Below are positions 63,681 through 64,000 of a DNA stretch of 64,000 bases, in pieces. The notes beneath the pieces were generated by a model that saw nothing but the letters and a program-made list of their open reading frames with translations, was not told the DNA's origin and did not search any database. This DNA is from Candidatus Bathyarchaeota archaeon. GTDB lineage: Archaea; Thermoproteota; CALKCG01; B24. The position numbers and the translations under genes were made by a program. Positions within the stretch are counted from its first letter, which is position 1, and the number at the start of each line of letters is the position of its first letter. The stretch is from positions 17,666-81,665 of the forward strand of contig JAGHAZ010000037.1 in NCBI GenBank assembly GCA_021161255.1. Direction: 5' to 3'.

Positions 63681-64000
63681 AAAGCTTAGGGATGAACGCA
63701 AGGTTCTGCACAAGTACATCGAGGTATTATCTAAGAATTATCCCAGGTCGACGGTCGTGCTGTTCGGCTCGAGGGCGAGGGGGGACGAGCTCCCCTACAG
63801 CGACTACGACCTAGCGGTGATCCTCGACAAGGTCGGCGATAGGATATCGCTCGTAGAGACACTCAGGAGGCTGAAGCCGAGAGGACTACCGCTAGACCTC
63901 ATAGTGATTCAGGTAGATGAGCTGTCAGACCCGTTGACATCGACGATGTTGAGCGGGTGTACGGTTCTCTATGATGGACTCAAGATAAAGAATCGGTTAT
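63625..64000 (+). CDS. Minimal nucleotidyltransferase (MNT), 3' end outside the window
   Basis: My translation from ATG 63625 is MPRGSSSGLRRRLLRSRARKLRDERKVLHKYIEVLSKNYPRSTVVLFGSRARGDELPYSDYDLAVILD..., with the GSxxRGD...DxD signature. The frame stays open to nt 64000. Overlaps the HEPN gene by 56 nt. Confidence 0.8.
   Translation, partial: MPRGSSSGLRRRLLRSRARKLRDERKVLHKYIEVLSKNYPRSTVVLFGSRARGDELPYSDYDLAVILDKVGDRISLVETLRRLKPRGLPLDLIVIQVDELSDPLTSTMLSGCTVLYDGLKIKNRL

Noticed and set aside
1-64000. CRISPR arrays, rRNA genes, IS elements/transposases, integrases
   Set aside because: I scanned the intergenic regions and the ORF translations. I found no regularly spaced direct repeats, no rRNA-like sequence, and no DDE, tyrosine or serine recombinase motifs.

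Overview
64-kb chromosomal segment from a thermophile-like archaeon. Gene content and codon usage look TACK, Thermoproteota or Korarchaeota-like: AGG/AGA/ATA-rich, roughly 50% GC by eye, tightly packed genes, many 4-nt start/stop overlaps, frequent GTG/TTG starts. I support about 70 protein-coding genes and 2 tRNAs (Ser-UGA, Gly-UCC). I recognised no rRNA, CRISPR array, transposase or integrase. All family assignments come from motif recall on the supplied translations; no alignment or HMM search was run. Core blocks are: class II RNR + corrinoid adenosyltransferase (1-2.1 kb); sufCB (8-9.9 kb); ilvD / leuA(cimA)-ilvB-ilvN-ilvC (9.9-16.5 kb); trm5; glyoxylate reductase, thyA, nth, DHH, XPD and HIT (42-51 kb); pdaD; argG/argH; nreA, dnaG and yjbQ (52-62 kb). 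Accessory or poorly understood blocks are listed next. (a) 18.3-21.4 kb: a PqqD-like/Zn-ribbon protein, a KaiC-like ATPase and a V4R protein. (b) 21.4-22.9 kb: gene-poor stretch with a DUF6516/TumE-like pair next to tRNA-Ser. (c) 23.9-25.7 kb: MtrH-like methyltransferase coupled to a radical SAM gene. (d) 25.7-29.7 kb: AT-richer orphan genes, including a second PqqD-like operon. (e) 29.7-34.6 kb: four paralogous small N-domain + winged-helix genes around a highly structured intergenic region, next to a translationally coupled NurA-like/HerA-like pair. This is my best candidate for an undescribed system. (f) 38.1-41.4 kb: a TM protein / MoxR-like AAA+ / VWA triad. (g) 50.7-52.1 kb: AT-rich island with a transglutaminase-like gene that looks frameshifted. 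(h) A decayed VapBC-like locus and a HEPN-MNT pair. A ~41-nt sequence occurs twice (21.5 kb and 51.05 kb).
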